DNA of 64,000 nt from Penicillus capitatus. Its lineage: Eukaryota; Plantae; Chlorophyta. The DNA lies in the NCBI GenBank assembly GCA_965649825.1, contig OZ287699.1, positions 1,535,287 to 1,599,286 on the forward strand, in the 5' to 3' direction. Numbering within the stretch: the first letter of the stretch is position 1; each line of letters begins with the position of its first letter. This document shows, one piece after another, positions 25,298-38,852 of the stretch. Under the pieces are notes generated by a model, which was not told the origin of the DNA, did not search any database, and saw only the letters and a list, made by a program, of their open reading frames with translations. The position numbers and the translations under genes are program-made.

Positions 25298-25649
25298 AGT
25301 GACACCAGGCTTGTGAAGCAATGACATCCCTTTTAATCAGATCTTGTGCGTTACGTGTTTTGTCTCGAAACTCTTGCTGTTCTGTCGACAGACGACTATT
25401 ACCGAGTCGCGGTTCCGGAAGGGAATACCGGCAAACCAGGTCGCTGTGCCTCTGTCGTTCGTACTTGGCGATGCAGTTCGAGAGGCCGCTGTACGGCCAC
25501 GGATATGACTTTAGAACCGCCTTCTGTCCATTCACCACGTCTCCCGCGTGGAACTGCAGCGGCTTCTTCGACGTCCTTCCTCGTATAAGGTATCTGAGAT
25601 CGAAGAGCATACGAGATAGAGGTGTCCTTCGAGTGGCGTCTAACCAGGA

Positions 25650-26070
25650 CTTCCGGCGAAGACCTCTCCCTCGTGTCTAAAACAATTTGTGTGATAAGAC
25701 GAAACGAGACATCGAAACCAGACCCTTGATCAAGAAGTTCAACCGTTGTGGAGAGACCAGCCAGTCCAGCATCAATGATGGCGACTCGAGCTTCGGACTG
25801 TTGGGTGAAGGAGGGGAGGGTTCATCTGGGAACAGTGATCGCAAAGGGGCGTATTTGGGAGAAGCGTCCTGCATTAGAGATTCCTGTACGGGCGTCGCGG
25901 ACGATCGACGCGGCCATATACGACGCGACGATGCCGAAGCGCCTCGACACCTTGACACACCTGTCAGAGCCGTTCGATGCCGAGCGCGATCGTCGATCGC
26001 ATATCGGTTCGCTCTTCTGGCTTCTGGCCACCTGAACGGCTTGCATGACGATCTGCGATCCGATTTCAAA
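25650..26070 (-). pseudogene. ZDS: Zeta-carotene desaturase N-terminal fragment
   Basis: SPKYAPLRSLFPDEPSPPSPNSPKL/RVAIIDAGLAGLSTTVELLDQG|HEGEVF has a frameshift and GxGxxG mutated to DAGLAG. No further ZDS sequence follows. Confidence 0.75.
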
Positions 26071-26149
26071 TGACACGCACAGGCAAAAAAACCTTTAAGC
26101 GTAAAATAACATCACTACAAACAACATGAGACGCAGAAAGTGTCCCCAC

Positions 26150-26420
26150 TGCAAAGGGACATGGAGATTCGGGTTCGAGAATTAAAGATCAAACCGGATG
26201 ATGAATTCTGGATGAGTGGCTTTTTCGCATATGTTTTCCCTTGCTGTGTGTGCGGTGTTCGGCGAACCATATCTGATTCATAACGAGTACTTTCAGCTTT
26301 GGAAACTGGGCCACATCAAGGAAACAGGACACTGAGATTTTGACACATTGTTTGATGTTCAGCTCCTCCAACTTGTACGACGTCGCGCAACAGAACGTCC
26401 ACTAGGTATCTGAAAATCGA
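26150..26420 (-). pseudogene. Leucine-rich-repeat (FBXL-like) remnant
   Basis: LEELNIKQCVKISVSCFLDVAQFPKLKVLVMN fits the LxxLxLxxC repeat pattern. Confidence 0.4.
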
Positions 26421-27178
26421 ATCCAACAAGTCAAGTTATCGAGGCCGTCGCTTATCTGATTCCTTCGAGATTCACGTCACACAAGCTCCATGCCGTCTCC
26501 CCACGCTCTGGAAGAGTGCATCGCAAGTAGGTGAAGCTGCTGGTGCGTGTTCGCGTTCTGTTGGGTGCCCGTATCGAAGAGAGAACGATCTGGATTGGAC
26601 TGTTTACTGAAAGATCGTGCATCCGCGGGCTCGACTGCTCCGTGGCAAGATGCTTGGAAAGTTTCAGCGTCGAGATCTGCACAACAGCAGCACATGAACA
26701 GTAACTATAAACAACCAGACGCATTTCTAAGTTTCTTGTCTCGCATGCCACTGAGTGCTAATTATGCTCAACGGATGACTGGACCTTTTCTTCTCTTTCC
26801 TGCAAACGGTAGTTTCTCGCGATTGCTGTCCTTGAGTTTTTTTTGTTTGTCGAGGTCGTGGTCACATTGACTACCAAACATAATAGTTTCAGCTTTAATG
26901 AAAAAAGCCCGGGGATTGCTATTCCTCTAAACAGACGTGGAAGGAAGCCTTCTTGCAACTCTGGTGATGATCATGCAAGCGAGAAAGCCGTCTCACTCGA
27001 TGGAGGTCCACGATTCAGCTCCTGTCATTGTTCTGAACACACTTTCACGCTTTTCCAGAGTATCTCCGAAGTTCGCCTGAAGGCCTGGGGACACGCAGGA
27101 CTACGCCTGAGTGCCTATGAAGAACAGTATACCGAAAAGTACCATTGCAGTATGGACAGCAACAGACACTTACCTTTT

Positions 27179-28178
27179 CGCATGGACATTCATTGGACAT
27201 CTCAAGGACAAGAAAACCATCTGTCAACGACGAATAGCCCAGATACGTCGTCTCAGTCATAGTCACTGGGGTTCCTCTCCGTGGGTAGCAAAGAGACTGA
27301 TGGATGCATGCATCCTACCCGTATGTCCATACGGCTCTCCGATCTATAACCCACTTTCTCGAGGTCGCTCATCACGCCTCCAAATCCTTCGCTCCAGCTA
27401 TAGGACCGGATGCATTTACATCACTGGAGCACATCGCACAACGCCCACGTGTTCGGTACTGCCGCTTGCTGGACTCCATCCACCAGAGGCCGACATCTTA
27501 GACCGTCTCACAAGCTCCAAACATCTATGGCACGCACCTACCTACAAGGCCTACAGGGAACAAACCGCGCTACATCTCACCAACGGAACACCAAGAAACG
27601 ATCTTGAAACGCATTGCTGCTAAGGACTGGATACCAGAGGACGTGCAACGTCTACTTCGAAAAGACATCAAACAAAGAAGACGCAGTCAACTATTTCAAG
27701 CCGCCCGCAAAGCTTACCTCACGACGCTCGTTTGCGACATCTGGAATAAAGACCCCAATGGACAAGCACTGAAAAAGACGAGATGGATTACAATGGCAAG
27801 TCTAGAGCAATCTTGGTTGAAACAGTTTTCAAGACCCAGTGTCACAAGGCTCGCACGCTTCCTCTCAGGACACTTTCCCATGAAGACATGCCTAGCACGA
27901 TTTCACAGCCTCGAGGAAGACACATCGTTATGCTGTCGATTTGGATGCGATCAAGAAGAAACGCGAGAACATCTTCTTAGCTGCCCGCAGCTAGCCAACC
28001 TCAGAGACAAGACAATCGGGTCTGAAAATTTTCCCCAAACATTGTCACGTAACTACCTTTTGCAACTCGACAATTTTCTGGAAAAAGCCAAAGTTACCCG
28101 AGTTTCCTTTTATTGGTAGTCTTACGAACCATGGGATATATCTCAGTGTGAACCCCATGTAAAATCACAATTAGAGAG
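27179..28178 (+). mobile_element. 5'-truncated copy of the LINE at 43821-48861 (3' 1.0 kb)
   Basis: Colinear with 47867-48861, with a 4-bp ACCT duplication frameshift near 27535. Flanked by a 15-bp TSD AGACACTTACCTTTT (27164-27178, 28179-28193). Confidence 0.95.
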
Positions 28179-29676
28179 AGACACTTACCTTTTGCCATAC
28201 CTGTTTAACGACAAGATGCTATCTATTATAGATGGCATCAGTGTGACTTTACAGTCGAATGAAACCAACTCATTATGAAAACGTACTTTATGTACAGCAA
28301 ACAAAGATTGGTGAATATGCTGACAGATCACTTACTGTAATCAAGGATCAAAGGCTCACCTGTGCGTTTGTTTCTTGTTCGTGCGGCAATACGGCGACAA
28401 TTGTCTGAGCGAATGGCGCTCAGCGCTGTGGTCTTAGTTGCCACATTGCTCGTCCTTTCATGAATGGTAACGTACGGGACACAGGAACAAAAAACGAATT
28501 GGCACCTGAAGAGCTCCAGACACATTCTCGAATAAAGTTCACTGTCCTGTCGTCTCTCAAGAAACCTCGACGAGAATTAGAACGCGAGTACAAATCGACA
28601 ATGGCGACATCTGCTGTTTGGCAGCTACAACGGTCATGTTAACGCGTCCAGAAAGCTGGCCAGTACCGTACGACAACGCACATGTCGCGTCAAAGCGCAA
28701 CTTAAGAACGATGCATGGGACAGTGAAGAGGGGGATTGAGCTTTCTTTCTCAATGTTGCGCGCATGCATCCCTAGACGTACGAGCAATCTCGGGTGAGAT
28801 CAGCTGAGACGTCGAGTCGTCTCACAATTCCCTCTAACATGTTTTACGTAGCCACGACGTCACCTAGATAATGAATATTGCTGTCGAATAGATTGCCCTG
28901 AATGCTTTGTTCACTGTCCATTGTTCAAAAAAACAAAGCATACAAGAAGAACATTGTCAGCAAGTGATACCTGCGCCGTATTCTCTTAGCAAATACGGTA
29001 AATCAAAGATCAATCAATATCTGCCGACGGGCAAACAATTCTGCTAGTCAAGGAACTATCGTCGGCGCTTGAATTGAAACTGCATATAAAAGCAAGTCGC
29101 AAACTTCAAAGAACTTTGGTCGGTCGATGGCCATACGACCAGGTCGCTAATCGAAGAATAGAAAAACTTGCAGTGGCGACTAAAACCAGAAACGGATACG
29201 GTACACTGATGCTTAACGGTTCTCTCTGAAAGCGGAGATCCCGCTGAAGAACGACAGCTTCTTCGGAAGACGCTTGAACTGAAGATGGGCGTCCCGAACT
29301 AGTGGGACCTCGTCCGCGTACGCGCCGACAGTGCGCCGACCGGCGACAAACTTGTCTATGGGTCAGCAAGAAACACTTCTAAAACTGTCTATGATGCCGA
29401 ACGCGAGTCGCTTGCCCGACTTTCGGGACTTCCCGTTGCGCGTCCGTGCTCAAGCATTCCACATCACATTCGTCGTATCGGCGCCAAGATAGTCCATCAA
29501 GATGGCTAAAATGCGACCTTCAGAGTGTTGGTTGTGTTGGATCAGGAAACGTCACTGTCGAATGACGAGACGTTATCCTATATAACGACGTACTGAGCAC
29601 CTGTAAAGAATACCCGTCCGACTCTCCTCGCATCGCAGCCTCGACGCGCTCGGACCAATCGCCGACCCTATCGGTC

Positions 29677-29922
29677 CTAACAGTTGTACATGGCATCGGA
29701 TACGACAGCAAGACATCTAGGATTCAGATTTGCTGGGCGAAATTCGCAAGCAGAGTCGCAGTCAATCTCCAGCGGCTTCAGATTTGCGAGGCGACTCAGC
29801 TGTTGACAGATGAGGTGATGGTCTACTTGTTCATGGCGATCACCACCGAGGCGCAGCTCCGTGAGGCCGGTCGGAGCTTTAAAAGCGTCCAAAGAAGTGT
29901 GTTCCAGACAGACATTGAACAA
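29677..29922 (-). pseudogene. LRR-like remnant
   Basis: APTGLTELRLGG..QQLSRLANLKPLEIDC. Confidence 0.35.
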
Positions 29923-29939
29923 TTCTAGCGCCTTCTCCG

Positions 29940-31760
29940 CAAGAGTATTCAGTACTTAAGGCATGAAATCCGCGAAGTGACTCACACACCAGCTCCTTCC
30001 TTGAGTGAGAAGCACACCCAGCTTGGACCCATCAACAATCGGAAGTCCTTGGAGAGGGCTATCGGTATTTTTTCCCTTTGTGCGCGCTCATGTACCGCAC
30101 CTTGTGAAACTCTTAATGCCACTACGCAAAAGACTCACTTAGGCCACATGCAACGTCAAGGATGAAGATTGGTGGGCGGAAACACAACGTATAACCTTTG
30201 AGACTTTCTCAAAGGCAATAAGTCGGCGCGAGAAGGTGGCACTCACCAGTCGAGAGTTCGTACGGTACGAACTCTACTCAGACTGGTCGGGTTCTCACAT
30301 TGGTTACGTACTTTTCGGAATTCCGTCATCGGGGCATAGCGAGAAACAACTGCTCGACATAGGTTCGAGCAAACTCGAGGATCAGAAATCAAGCAGCTAC
30401 CTCGGGGAACTCAGAGGGTTGGTGTATGCACTAAGAAGACGAAGCCTTTGTGTGGCACCTTCCCCGCAGCCGTCTACGACGACAGCCGTGCACTCGTGGA
30501 ACAGTTAGTTACAAAGGGGCGAATTGGTCACACACATGATGTGCGTGTGGCTAGATTGATCACCTACCTCCTCGCGAATGAGGAAAATATCGAGTTTGCC
30601 TTTGTCCCCGGCGAGGGCAATCAAGGAGCCGACTTGCTGTCACGTGGAACTGAAACAACGAGAGCGACGGACAGAATACAATTAGTGCAGCCAATCCCCT
30701 GAGAGAGACCCGATGTCCACCACAGGGAAATGGTCATCCGTCGAGGGTATCAAGGACACTGGGGTTTCGAGAAGACAAAGAATGAATGTTGAGCTCGACT
30801 ACGGGACGTGGCCAAGATTGGCAGAGGATGTCCGTTCGTTCGTGGAATAGTGTGAGCAGTGCTAGTTTCACGCACCTCGACAGTACAGAGATGCTCCCGG
30901 AGAAGAGATCATAGACAATTTCGCAGACAAGATGTACATGGACACATCTGGTCCATTCCGCGATGGGAAGTACCTTCTGGTCTTGGTCGACGCCGCAACG
31001 CGATGTTGCGAGGCTGGAGTACATAGCAAACCTGGTATGGCTCACATTCTCCCTTCTTGAGTGTTGGACGCACCAGTTTCCCAGACAGCCCAAAATAATC
31101 GCAGTTGTTCATGGACAAGTATGACAGAGCGCGAAGTTTCGACGCTGGGCACTCAGGTGCAGAATAGAACTCAGGCGCTCTCCAAGTTACTACCCCAGGG
31201 AATCGGTCTCGCCGAAAGAGTGATCGGAACATTATTCAATGGCTTGCGTCGAACAGTCGATGAAGTCATAGAGGAATGGCCAGACAAACTGCAGGAAGTG
31301 GTAGATGCCTACAACAAGAGTTGACATCGAGACATTGATTCGACGCCTGTTACACTTGCATATGGACTCAGCCAAGTCGTCAGCGACTGCCTTGGAATGC
31401 AGTCCGATCAGAACGGGAATATGCCATCGACGTTCAAAGACACGCAAAGGAATACATGAAGGCCCTGTACGAGCGGAAACACCATCGATTGTTAAAGCCA
31501 TTGCAAGTGGGCGATGAAGTGTTAGTCTACGATTCAACAGAACGAGCGAATCAAGGAAAACTGACGCGTTCATGGTATGGTCCTCTCAAAATACTGGCGC
31601 GTCATTCAAAATCGACATGGATCGTGGCTAATCCGGTGGAGGCTGGAGGACAATTCTTGGCGCATTCGTCTCAGCTTCGGAAATATTACGCGCATGAAGG
31701 TGAATGGGCCCATGCTGAAGCAGATGTTCTCGGCGGTTGCAGCATATTCAGCAGATGATC
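29940..31760 (+). mobile_element. Decayed Ty3/Gypsy pol (RT C-terminus, RNase H, integrase)
   Basis: IQYLRHEI..RKSLERAIGIF; LYSDWSGSHIGYVLF..SSYLGELRGLVYAL; VPGEGNQGADLLSR; WPRLAEDVRSFVE*CEQC; YMDTSGPFRDGKYLLVLVDAATR; LAERVIGTL; LQVGDEVLVY..KLTRSWYGP. The order RT-RH-IN is Gypsy. Many frameshifts, no LTRs seen. Confidence 0.9.
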
Positions 31761-32080
31761 TCGAATGGCTGGCTGCAGATAAAACCTTAGAACCGTCGTT
31801 ACGTTAAAAAGGACTTTCTCCGTTGTAAAGATACCTGTTTTTTTAGAAGTGTCTCTTTCTTTTTATCTCCGTTCTCACCACATTTGGCATCGGACTCGAT
31901 CGGATTCGGTATCGATTGCGTACTTATCTTCGAAGTGTTCTTCTTCACTGACGATGTTCGTCGTCAACGAGGTGGACGTGGAGGCAGAGGAGGCGAATTA
32001 AGTCACGCTCTAATGATGCATAGCATTACTTTTCTGAAAGAACTGTTAAGGCACAGCTTTTAATTAACTTTGTTGCTTCT

Positions 32081-35000
32081 ATGCCAACCGTCTACCTCAC
32101 AGCAGATATGGCCTTCCATCATGCCGTCGACATACAAAAAGGAGATACTCTGCTGGTCCATGCTGCAACAGGAGGTGTCGCCATTGCAGCATTACATATT
32201 TTGAAGAATCTACAAGTAGAGATCTGCACCACAGTCGGCATCCCCTTCAAGAGAACACTCCTGAGATCGACGCACGGCGTCGCACGTGCTGTATCATCCA
32301 GAGATCTTCATTTTGTGGAGGACGTGACGTTGACGTCTCTGAATGGAATCAAGGCCGTAATGGATTCCTTAATGTCGCCAGGAATGGTGGCAGGCAGCTG
32401 CAGTTTACTGCAAAGAGGCGGTCACTTCATAGAGATCCCCAAAAGAGATATTTGGAGTGCTGGTCAGATGGAATATGAGAGATCAGATGTATACATTTCC
32501 ACACAGTTGCTGTCGGTTTCCTCCATCCCTATCTCCTCCAGCATTCTCTCCAACGCATTCAGAGAAATCTCAGTCGGCAACGCGTCCAGTCATTGCCAAG
32601 CGTAACGTACAGACTCAATGCTGTGTGTAGTATCTGCCTTCCGTGCCATGCCTCTGTCGAAACACATCGGAAAAATCGTGACAAGCAGGCGAGATGCATC
32701 TCTGATGTATGGAAACGTCAAGATCACCGGCGGATGCGGCAGTTTGGGATCTCTCATTGTAAGGTGGCTCATGACTAAAGGCGTCCACCACATTGTCCTT
32801 TTGGTCGGTTCGTTCACGCAACCAACAATTCTGTTGTCCAAGATATAGTCCAGATTGACAGTTCTCATAAGATCGTATCTTCTGTGCTGAGAGATCGTGC
32901 CGTAAGAGAAGACTTGTCGACGACGATCTGTCAAGAAACCAAGAGATCGATACCGTGATACATGCATCAGGGGGTACTTGTCGATGGAATGCTGCATCAT
33001 CAGTCCAAGAAGAATATTGCTTTGAGTTTTGGGGCCAAGTTGGGCTTTCTTGCAACGACAGCCGCCGTCCTGGAACGCGTGCCACTCAGGAAACATTTCT
33101 TGTTCTCATCTGTCGCATCGGTGCTCGGATCTGCCGGACAGAGAAACTACTGCATGGCGAAATATGCCCTCGATCATGCAGCTGTGCAATATACTAAGCA
33201 GGGAAGGCCACTCTCCAGCGTTTGGTGGGGAGCCTGGGCAGGAGCTGGAATGGCAGCACAGGAACGCAGCACCGTTGCCCGAGTCGAACGCATGGGAATG
33301 CACTTGATTCAACCAGAAATGGGCCTGATGACGCTGTCAGCTATACTGAGAGACTCCGTCTGCGACCACACAGCAATTGTTCCCCTCAACTGGCCCAGAT
33401 TGACATCGGCCAATCGAAATTCGGCAGCTGTTATCTTCTCTGAGAATGTCACGCTAGTCGACACACTACAGCAAGTATTGTTACACTCCCAGAATGCCGT
33501 TCCAACTGGAATCCAGGCTGACATAGTGATGACCACGGTGATGGAGGCCGTCCACAGCATTTTGAGAGTGTACGTGAGGACGATCCGCTCATGGATGCCG
33601 GACTCGATTCTCTCGGAGGCGTGGAACTATGCTCCGATCTGGAATCGAAAATCTGGCATAACGTTACCGAGCCGAGCACGCTCGTTTCTGACGATCCGAC
33701 TATCTCTGCCACTTCTCATTTCATCATATTTCTTCTTCGTCCCTCGTGTTCCGTCGATGTCCCTTTGCATCTCAAGGCAGATATCTCTAGAGAGGAGGCG
33801 ATGGCGATCGTGGCCATGGATGCACGTTTGGCTTCAGCGCGTGCTGCAGATGATGCCAGTCGTCCGGTGCTTCTCAATGGTTGTAACGTGGATTGGCAAC
33901 AGATCTACTACGGAGACCCGAAGCCGCAATTCGATGTCTTTCTGGAAGGCGTTAAGCAGTTTGATACGACTGCTTTTGGTTTTTCACACAAGGAGGCATC
34001 GACAATGGATCCTCAGCAACGAATGCTCCTACAATCCACAGGCTGCATTCTGTCCACCACCTCGACTGATTCTCTGGATCGCAGCCGTGTATTTGTCGGT
34101 GTCTCGTCACTGGACGATGATAGACTTCAACTCAAATACAACGGAAGGCAGATCTCGGACTATCGTGCCATCAGTGGGGCCATAAGTGTGACATCTGGGC
34201 GATTGTCTTATACATATAGACTAAGGGGGCCAGCCTGTACCGGAGATGTCGCATGCTCTTCTTTTCACATGGCCATGCTGTCATCAACGACACAGAGATG
34301 TCCGGCAGCTGTCAATGCAGGCATCAATATAGTATTGTAGCCTCACCCGCCTGTTACATTTCACAAAGCGGGACTGCTGTCGCGCGAAGGCCCACTGCAA
34401 GACACTGGATGCAGCTGCAGATGGGTATGTTCGTGCAGAAGGTTGTGCGTCATTCCTTCCGGTACTGGATTCCTATGAAGCAGATAAAGAAGTACTGGGC
34501 TATCTAAGAGGCATCGCTGTTCATTAAGATGACAGATCGAGTTCCTTGGCGGCACCCAATGGGCCTTCTCAACAGTCCGTGGCCAGAGAGGCACTCCAGA
34601 CTGCCAATCTCATGGATGATGATGTGACAGGCGTGTCTCTTCGTGGAACTGGAACCGGGTAGGGCGACTCTATTGAATTTGGAGCCATTTCCGGCGTCCT
34701 CTCTGATGCTGTGCACACTTCAGAAGGCGTCACACTGATCAGCAGCAAATCCTCGTCTGGTACATGCAGAAGCTGACGCTGGTGTTGTGGGATGTGTGGC
34801 TGCCTTGGACTTCCTCTCTTCACACGCAGTGCCAAGGATCTCACATTTGAGAACGCCGAATCCACATCTGGAGGACTTCAGAAGCATACCGATTCGATGG
34901 AACATCCCTCGAATGGCACAAGGACGCTGTTCTCAACAGCAGCATCGAATCTGTGACGTCTCCACTTTTGCATTCCAAGGCACCAATGCCCATGCCCTTC

Positions 35001-35330
35001 TGCAAAGTGGCCCCATAAGAGTGACGCCTTCGGCTTCGGTCATATAGAAGACAGAAAGGTGCTGGGTCCATCCCAAGTTCATTGGATCGGCCGACACAGA
35101 GCATTGTGACGGTGAGAGCATTACTTTCTCCATTAAGCTGCACACGGTAATACTAAGCTCCCTTCTCGATCACCTGGTAGATGGTCGTTGTCTCACACCA
35201 GGTGCTGGCTTTATCGACTTTGCTACGTCCTCTTTGACACAGATGACTACGGATCTCAACCGCCAACCTACACTGCAGTCGATTAGAACACCGGCACCAT
35301 CATTGGTACTAGATCAAAATATGACACGAG
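32081..35330 (+). pseudogene. Modular type I PKS segment ER-KR-ACP-KS-DH, frameshifted with stops
   Basis: GDTLLVHAATGGVA (ER); ITGGCGSLG, FSSVASVLGSAGQRNY, WWGAWAGAGMA (KR); MDAGLDSLGGVEL (ACP); MDPQQRMLL, GDVACSS, APNGPSQQ, FAFQGTNAH (KS); LLDHLVDGRCLTPGAGFID (DH). Confidence 0.92.
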
Positions 35331-35420
35331 AGATGCATTGCACTCGGTGGAAGAAATCCAGCAAGATCGAACTTTGGTCCACAAATCTCTCTGCCAGAAC
35401 GGCACATCTCAAAGCACACG

Positions 35421-35636
35421 TCAGTTTTGTGGGTCTGCTAACATCTCGAAGATCAGGATGTGGTTCTCGGTGTCTTGGCCGAGCTCAAATACCAAACACG
35501 GCGGATAACCTTCCCGACTGCAAATAACATCCAACATTCTAGAGAAGGGTGTTGTTACCTGGATGCATGGGGAGATATTGTACTTTGCTTGCTTGTAAAC
35601 ATGATCGCAGTGTTTTAGTTTGAGATGGATGTTCAA
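35421..35636 (-). other. Possible SUMO/Rad60-like fragment
   Basis: NIHLKLK..VTTPFSRMLDVICSREG loosely matches SUMO (INLKV..T.L.KLM.AYC.RQG). Confidence 0.3.
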
Positions 35637-35810
35637 GGAATTCTCATAAGAGAGCCGATTGGTGTAGAACTTTTCAAGTTCGTGAAAGACTAGAACTAGA
35701 TCTGCAACGTCTATGCAATGTCGTCGACAAGGGACAGTATCTTATAGGGTGGTCGATCCTTGACGTCGCGAACGATACCGACGAGACGATCGCGGCGTGG
35801 TTACATTTTT

Positions 35811-35975
35811 TCAGCAAGACACCCTCCAGGCTTTCAGTCCAATGTTGCCGAAGTACTCCTCTATTGTGTGCACAGTTTTTAAGATTCTCGCTTCTATAAT
35901 CTTCGTATCCCTCTTTATTTCGTCATCAATATTCTTAATCAAGCCTATTTTCTTGAACAACACTTCGAGTATGGT
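35811..35975 (-). pseudogene. C-terminal remnant of coiled-coil family member 'F'
   Basis: IKNIDDEIKRDTKIIEARILKTVHTIEEYFGNIGL aligns with H (..IQTTINLFFENIGL) and G (..AMDHFFKGVGM). TGTAA follows the stop. Confidence 0.65.
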
Positions 35976-36129
35976 GTGACGGTGCGCCCGCCATCGCCTC
36001 GGGTCTCCTGGCGAGAAGACGCTGCCGTTGCGGCATCCGTCCCTGTGGCGACACGTCAGCGGAGGATCACTGGAAAAACGCGTGACGAGAGACTCGCGAG
36101 CTTCCAAGCAAACTCCGTCATGCATCAAA

Positions 36130-36260
36130 TGACATAAGATGGTGTCGTCACATTTCCGTGCGTGATGCCTTGAGAGTGGAGATACCCGAGGGCTTCCAGC
36201 ACCTAGCGACCAGTACGTTGTCGGAACGACGAGGAAAGGATCTATCTGATAAAGGTAACC
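36130..36260 (-). pseudogene. Protein kinase subdomain VI remnant
   Basis: VLEALGYLHSQGITHGNV. Confidence 0.45.
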
Positions 36261-36982
36261 CGCTGTTCCGTAGAGGACATCAATCCCGCCGCCGTTCTTT
36301 CGGAGAGCTTACGATTCCCCCTCTCTAGCGCGAGACACGACGCAAAGTCATCGACTTTTTCGATGGCATCGATCATCCTGCGAGCCATGCAAGGTATTGG
36401 ACCGTGATGATGTCTGGAGCAGAAAATACCTGCAGAAGTATCAATGCCTCCTCCTCATGATCAGAGTTCGGCCAGGTGGATCCGCCATCTGCGTCTCCCT
36501 ACGGCGAACAGACGTCGTCAACTTGAACTGCCTTCTTGGACATGAACGGCAGGTGCGCAGTGAACGGCGAAAGCGTTTCCATATCTCTCGCGTTGGACAG
36601 ATCGACACATGGCGACCGAAATCTGTCTCAACCATCGGCTCTGAGGTAAGAAGTGCTTGAATATCTGGTTTCAGCCACCCTCGGGCGTAGACCGGCCGAC
36701 GAAAGAAGAGTCATGCATTGTTCGGCAGCTGCATGGATGTCCCGTCTGCCTAACTGGTCCCTCGAAAAATGGAGCTCATTATACGTCTACGTGGACAGGA
36801 CCCCTTACTCTTCCCTCGGCACTCTAGATCCCGTGCTTATTCGAGTCGTTGCGCGAACGGATGAGTATCATCTGCGCCGTGAGAACCAGACAAAGAAATC
36901 CGAGCTTTTAGAGCCTTTTGTTATTGTTCTCCTTCTGTTCTTTTTCTTCGGTCCACCACTCCATAGACCAAAGCCGTGAGCC

Positions 36983-37795
36983 GTGAATACCGTTGCTGCT
37001 GAGCATCTTCTCTCTAAAGTCATCTCTCAAATTTTTCCATTCCCTGAGATAAGGATGTCCTCGGGTGCGGCTCTCGCGAGAGCCCTTCGCGTTTTCTCTG
37101 CCAAAGACTCCGAGATTACTCAGTGGACGAGCAGAGCGCATCTGCTGCGTGTCATGGAATACGTAAGATCGAATGGCCGTGCCTTTGGTGTAAAGCTGGT
37201 TAGAGGAGCCTATCTCAAACACGAGACAGAGCAGGCAATGAAGCACAGCAGACCATCAAGGGTTTGCGACACGCAACAAGACGCCGACAACTCTTACAAT
37301 GCGTACGTGTTGTCTTATCGACCACCTTGTGTTCAGAAACGCATGCACACTTGTGGTTAGATGCATGAGAATTCTGATAGATGACATCCACTCTGGCCGA
37401 TCCCTCTCTCTTTGCCTCGCCACACACCATCAGCATTCGGTTGAGACAGCCCTCCGACACATGGATGCGTTAAGCATAAAGGGAAAGGATGTCCCCGTCT
37501 GTTTTGCCCAGTTGTGTGACATGCGAGATGACTTGACGTACACTCTGGGTCATCATCATCACCAAGCAAGCACTAGAGACCGTTGAACACACGACAGAGG
37601 CAAACGGCTTCGGTGCAGGCATTGAAACGCCTCGTCTTTGGCGATGTCTACCATGTGATTCCGTACCTGATGCGTCGCGCTCAGGAGAATGCCGATGTCT
37701 TGGGCGGCAGTCGGAGAGACACCGATGCCGTGAAGCGTGGTGTCCTACTGACGCGCGTGTCAAGACGGCCGACGTCCCATCGAGATGCAACGTGA
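36983..37795 (+). pseudogene. PRODH: Proline dehydrogenase C-terminal half, degenerate
   Basis: AFGVKLVRGAYLKHE..YNA|CMRIL..LCLATHH..VCFAQLCDMRDDLTYTLG..FGDVYHVIPYLMRRAQEN. The conserved ATHN and QLxGM motifs are altered. Confidence 0.85.
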
Positions 37796-38852
37796 TCGGT
37801 GTTCTTGTATCCATTCCACGTACCGAGAGACGGACGATCGGATTGGTACCATCTCTGCAGTGGAGTCTCCCTTGTAAGATATACATTCTTGTATGCGTCG
37901 TTTCTCTTGCCGCTGGACGAACCACAGAAACAAAAGGATCGTCACCGTGCTTGGTAAATGCAGGATATATGTGAAGCGATGAGAGCAAGGTTCTGTGTTT
38001 ACTAAGTCATGATGCATGATGTGTTTCCCGATGAAAGGAAGTGCACAGGATGAAACATTCGCACATTCTTTCAGATTCTTTCCGATGCGATGCCGTTCAA
38101 AGCTTTGAGTCGTTTTCTCGTGGTATCCAACAGCAGTCCGACTCTGGGCAGCGCATCCGGGGGAGGAAAGTTGGCCCCTTTATCTTTGGATCCCTTCATC
38201 CACATCCACATTCAGCTCGCATCGAGACATGACGCATCTTACGGGTAGGGTTTTCCTTTTACAGTCATCTGGACGTACTTCGTCCGGCCAGAGCCATCTA
38301 TTGAGAGCGGAGATGAAGATGTCGGGATGCGGTTCAAGAATAGCCTCCCAGTCCAGTTGATAGTCCTTTGGAATGCTCACAGTGATCGGCATACCTACCG
38401 CCCAAAACAACGATAGTATCGTGGTGTACCCACACGCCGCCGTGCCTCTTGCCGACGGCATGCAATTGTATTAGTGGTATGTATAGGTCAGAATACGTCT
38501 GGCAATGTCATCCTTCTTCCTAGCGCTGACATCTCATCGATGGGCATGGGGCACGAACAGGTACCCGTCTGTAAGGCTTCCATGTATGTCTGAAATGTCG
38601 ACGGCAGATCTTTCTCGAATTAATCCCATCGGGTTGGCGTCACGGGTGTCCGGATGGAAAACTCGAATCCATCTTTCTGGTCCGGAACCTTGACCAGCGT
38701 CAATCTGGTGCCTTCTGTTGAGCGCAAAGACGTCGTCGCATCGTCGGTCGAGCATCGTGAGCGTCGACGGCTGCGTGACTGCAGGTATTTATTCGGCGCA
38801 GTTCACTACCTGCCATTACTGAATTCGACTACACGTTTTAGAAAAAAAAAAC

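Noticed and set aside
35625-35795. A second solo-LTR type (minus strand TGTAAC...TATAAG...ACA)
   Set aside because: Single copy with no TSD; TGTAA is equally explained as the poly(A) signal of remnant F.
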